A program made the translations under genes and the position numbers. DNA of 63,917 nucleotides, filler included. It is 5 parts of 5 records of this genome, joined end to end, with 100 filler letters (N's around TTAATTAATTAA, not from the genome) between each part and the next. Parts side by side here need not be neighbours in the genome. Positions count along the whole stretch, not along the records: positions 58,739 to 63,917 come from DRR723986_5454; 4 more parts are not named here. One strand, 5' to 3'. Of this stretch, positions 58,739-63,917 are shown in pieces (positions within the stretch are counted from its first letter, which is position 1; every line of letters starts with the position of its first letter). The notes below the pieces were generated by a model. That model had not been told where the DNA came from. It worked only from the letters and a program-made list of their open reading frames with translations, and ran no database searches.

Positions 58739-58999
58739 CTGACCTATAACTGGGATGGCGATGATGGCCTGCCCAGCGACAGCCGCCATTTTGGGCATTT
58801 GGCCTACGAGGTGGAAAACATCTACGACATGTGCCAGCACCTGATGGACAATGGCGTAACCATCAACCGCCCGCCGCGCGACGGGCGCATGGCCTTTGTG
58901 CGCAGCCCCGATAACATCTCGGTGGAACTGCTGCAGGCGGGCACCCCCCTGCCCCCGGCCGAGCCATGGGCCAGCATGCCCAACACGGGCCATTGGTAA
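58739..58999 (+). CDS. gloA: lactoylglutathione lyase (VOC family), 5' end truncated
   Basis: [37 protein letters not shown]. Confidence 0.85.
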   Translation: MTYNWDGDDGLPSDSRHFGHLAYEVENIYDMCQHLMDNGVTINRPPRDGRMAFVRSPDNISVELLQAGTPLPPAEPWASMPNTGHW

Positions 59000-59730
59000 G
59001 GTTTGGCGCCTGTTTGGCAGCGGCGGTGATGCTGCTGCCGGCAGCGGGCCACGCGGCCTGCCGCATTGCTTTGCTGTTGGCGCTTGATATTTCCAGCTCG
59101 GTCGATGCGGGCGAGGATGCGCAACAACGCCAAGGCCTGGCCGCGGCCCTGATGGCCCCCGATGTGGTGGCCGCAATCACCGCCGTGCCAGGCCAGGCTG
59201 TGGCGCTTTCGGTGTTTGAATGGAGCGGCCAACAGCAGCAAGATATCATGCTGGATTGGATGGTGCTGCAAAGCCCCGCCGATGTGCAATCGGCAGCCGC
59301 CTATATCGCCGCCAGCCGCAGGCCCTATGCAGAATTTTCCACCGCAATCGGGCAAATGCTGGTCTTTGCCGATGCCCAATTTCGCCGTGCGCCGCCCTGT
59401 GACCGCCAGGTTTTGGATGTGTCGGGTGACGGTGTGCATAACGACGGGCTATTGCCCGCCGATGCCTATGCAGCCGGTATTTTGCCCGACGTCATGGTGA
59501 ACGGCTTGCCGATTGTCGAACAAGACGACCGCGCGCTTGACCATGCGGCAGATGATGATTTGGTCAGCCATTACCAAACCCAGCTGATACGCGGTGCCGG
59601 CGCCTTTTTAATTCGTGCCGACGGGTTCGAGGATTACGAGCGCGCGATGCAACGCAAATTGCTGCGCGAGCTGACCATTCAGGTGGGCGCCTTGCAGCCC
59701 GGCGTTCCCCCCCAATCGCCGCGTCAATAG
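58993..59730 (+). CDS. DUF1194 (vWA-like) protein
   Basis: [34 protein letters not shown]; start uncertain. Confidence 0.85.
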   Translation: MVRFGACLAAAVMLLPAAGHAACRIALLLALDISSSVDAGEDAQQRQGLAAALMAPDVVAAITAVPGQAVALSVFEWSGQQQQDIMLDWMVLQSPADVQSAAAYIAASRRPYAEFSTAIGQMLVFADAQFRRAPPCDRQVLDVSGDGVHNDGLLPADAYAAGILPDVMVNGLPIVEQDDRALDHAADDDLVSHYQTQLIRGAGAFLIRADGFEDYERAMQRKLLRELTIQVGALQPGVPPQSPRQ

Positions 59731-60221
59731 ATATAGCGTATCTGTTCGCCCCAATACCGTTCTAGCCGTTTTAGGGTGTGGGCGATCTCGTCCAGCCCAT
59801 CCAGCCCCACAACGCCCTTTTCCTGCAGGCCATCGGCGTGGCGGGCAAACAAGCGGGCGATCAGCTGGCGCACATCACGCCCCTTTTGCGTCAGCCGCAC
59901 CCACACCGAGCGGCGATCAATCGCGCAGCGCTGGTGGTGCATATAGCCGGTATCGACCAGTTTTTTCAGATTGTAGCTGACATTCGAGCCCTGGTAATAG
60001 CCGCGGCTTTTCAGTTCACCCGCCGTCACCTCGTTTTCGCCAATATTGAACAATAGCAGCGCCTGAACCGCGTTGATTTCTAAAATACCCACGCGTTCAA
60101 ATTCATCCTTGATCACATCCAGCAGCAGCCGATGCAGGCGCTCAACCAAGGACAGCATTTCCAGATAGCTGCCCATAAACCCCTGTTGGGGCGTGGGCGC
60201 CAGATTTGTGTGAAGCGTCAT
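59724..60221 (-). CDS. MarR-family regulator (LdtR-like)
   Basis: VERLHRLLLDVIKDEF, RGYYQGSNVSYNLKKL, DRRSV, IRYIY. Confidence 0.88.
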   Translation of the reverse strand: MTLHTNLAPTPQQGFMGSYLEMLSLVERLHRLLLDVIKDEFERVGILEINAVQALLLFNIGENEVTAGELKSRGYYQGSNVSYNLKKLVDTGYMHHQRCAIDRRSVWVRLTQKGRDVRQLIARLFARHADGLQEKGVVGLDGLDEIAHTLKRLERYWGEQIRYIY

Positions 60222-60285
60222 TCAGGTTCTCCGTCCGATACTGCTCGGAACCGGAAACTGACGCGCAAACCCCAATATTCGGTAA

Positions 60286-62289
<2,004 letters not shown>

Positions 62290-62330
62290 GGTTAAGCTGG
62301 GGCAGGTGTTTTTCTGGTGCGGATCTGGTC

Positions 62331-62735
62331 ATGACTTCCCCCCTGCCCCCCTATTATTTCCGCGTGCGCGAAAACGGCGCTGCGGTGTTTCGCGTGGATG
62401 CGCAAAATCGCCACCGCCAGATGCAGATGGATCAGATCGCGGTGGTCAATATCCGCAATGGCGAGATCAAACCACAAGGTGCCCACAAACTAAGCCCCCA
62501 GGATATGGCCGCAATCGATGAATGGGTCAGCCAGCGCCGCGCGGTTTTGGCCCAGCGCGATATCGACGATATCTTGCGCACGGTCGATCATTTGAACCTG
62601 ACCACACATTGGGCCCAAAGCCGGGCCAGCGATGCCCAGCTTGAGGCGGTGACAGATGCCTTGCTGCTGGCGATGCATGATTTGCGCAGCCTGTTGGTGC
62701 GCAAAAAGGCCGAACGCCTGGCACCGCCCTCTTAG
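62331..62735 (+). CDS. conserved hypothetical protein
   Basis: Protein-like composition and codon usage; YYFRVRENGAAVFRVD, LLLAMHDLR. Confidence 0.7.
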   Translation: MTSPLPPYYFRVRENGAAVFRVDAQNRHRQMQMDQIAVVNIRNGEIKPQGAHKLSPQDMAAIDEWVSQRRAVLAQRDIDDILRTVDHLNLTTHWAQSRASDAQLEAVTDALLLAMHDLRSLLVRKKAERLAPPS

Positions 62736-63917
62736 GCGCCAGCCGCAGCACCTTGGGCCAGCCGGCGTAGCGCGCGTGCCCAAAACCGGTGCATCATAAA
62801 GCCGCCCGCGCCTGCCAGCCCCACCGCCAGCCCCAGCCAAACGCCAACACCGCCCCAGCCCAGCACAAACCCGAACACATAGCTTAGCGGCACCCCCACC
62901 AGCCAATAGCTGATGGCGGCGATCACCATGGGCACACGGGTGTCTTGCACCCCGCGCAACAGCCCCAGCGCCATTACCTGCCCGGCATCGGCCAGCTGAA
63001 ACAGCGCCGCCGCCGCCAACAGCGCGCTGCCCAGCGCGATCACCGCCGCGCGGTCTGGGTCATCTGGGGCCACAAAGGCACCCATCATCGGCCCCGGCAC
63101 GGCAAGAAACAGCACCATCGTCAGCACAACCATGGCCAGCGACATGGCAATCACCACCTGCGCGCCCCGCCGCAGCCCCGCCAGATCGCCGCGCCCCAGC
63201 GCCCGGCCTGCGCGCACCGTGGCCACATTCGACAGGCCCAGATGCACCATGAATGTGGCCGAGGTAATTTGCAGCGCAATGCCGTGGGCCGCCAATGGCA
63301 AGGTGCCCAGCCAGCCCAACATCACAGACGAGGCCCCAAACAGCGCCACCTCGGCCAAAGCGGTCACGCCAATCGGCCAGCCCAGCCGAAACACCCGGCG
63401 CAGCGCCTCGGGATCGGCGCGCCAAAAGCGTTTGAACAACGTATGTTCGGGTGTGGCCCATGCCGCGTAGATCGACAGCAGCGCCGCCGATATCGCCTGC
63501 ACCGCCACCGAGGCCCAAGCCGCCCCGCGAATGCCCATCTCTGGCGCGCCCCAATGGCCAAATATCAGCGCGTAATTCACGAAAATATTCACCACCACCG
63601 CAGCCAATGTCACCCAAAGCACCATTTGCGTGCGCTCAAGCGCGGAAAGGTAGGATTTCAGCACCATAACCAACAGCGCCGGAAAAATACCCCAGCCCGC
63701 AATGCGCAGATACTCTTGCGCGCCCTCAGCCACCACAGCGCTTTGGCCCAAGCCGCGCAACACCGCGCCCGACCACCAAAACAGCGGCATGCTGGCCAGC
63801 CCAAAGGCCACCGAGATCCATAGCGCCATGCGGGTCACGCGGCGCACCTCGCGCGGGCGGCCCGCGCCCTCGGCCTCGGCCACCATGGGCATCACCGCCC
63901 AGGCAAAGCCCGAGCCA
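62732..63917 (-). CDS. MATE family efflux transporter, 5' end outside the window
   Basis: LIFGHWGAPEMGIRGAA, RLGWPIG, AAHGIALQ, LRGVQDTRVP. Confidence 0.92.
   Translation of the reverse strand, partial: GSGFAWAVMPMVAEAEGAGRPREVRRVTRMALWISVAFGLASMPLFWWSGAVLRGLGQSAVVAEGAQEYLRIAGWGIFPALLVMVLKSYLSALERTQMVLWVTLAAVVVNIFVNYALIFGHWGAPEMGIRGAAWASVAVQAISAALLSIYAAWATPEHTLFKRFWRADPEALRRVFRLGWPIGVTALAEVALFGASSVMLGWLGTLPLAAHGIALQITSATFMVHLGLSNVATVRAGRALGRGDLAGLRRGAQVVIAMSLAMVVLTMVLFLAVPGPMMGAFVAPDDPDRAAVIALGSALLAAAALFQLADAGQVMALGLLRGVQDTRVPMVIAAISYWLVGVPLSYVFGFVLGWGGVGVWLGLAVGLAGAGGFMMHRFWARALRRLAQGAAAGA

Overview
The window is not one locus. It is five unrelated contigs joined by identical 100-nt artificial spacers (N44-TTAATTAATTAA-N44) at 26844-26943, 34038-34137, 49748-49847 and 58639-58738, so gene context is only valid within a contig. 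Taxonomy below is inferred by eye from gene content and promoter style. Contig 1 (1-26843) looks like an FCB-superphylum (Kapabacteria-like) bacterium. It carries an S9 peptidase, prfA, a DUF4397-like lipoprotein, a quinone oxidoreductase, DUF3078, a LonC-like protease, rpe, an MqnA-like protein, TrmH, an IgGFc-binding/T9SS protein and two tandem giant (1557 and 1635 aa) Cache-domain polytopic membrane proteins with no recognisable output domain. Contig 2 (26944-34037) is Marinobacter-like: GDPD, type I-beta DAHP synthase, TerB-like, tal, dusA, ydbH-ynbE-ydbL and HPP. Contig 3 (34138-49747) is Roseibium/Labrenzia-like: MCP, acyl-CoA synthetase, GNAT, flippase, YchJ, EEP, cytochrome c, ggt, TetR, thuA plus an oxidoreductase, a urea transporter and a partial tRNA-Gly. 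Contig 4 (49848-58638) is Marinobacter-like: excalibur, MCPs, orphan binding proteins, serine hydrolase, metY and lipA. Contig 5 (58739-63917) is Rhodobacteraceae-like housekeeping genes. Best leads: (i) the paired giant Cache/14-TM receptors with a degenerate NTPase-like and winged-helix tail; (ii) a promoter-to-terminator ~105-nt three-hairpin RNA with repeated GUGGUG loops behind prfA; (iii) a ~300-nt nested inverted-repeat element after rpe; (iv) a heavily structured ~430-nt leader upstream of the urea transporter. No CRISPR array, integrase, transposase or reverse transcriptase was seen.
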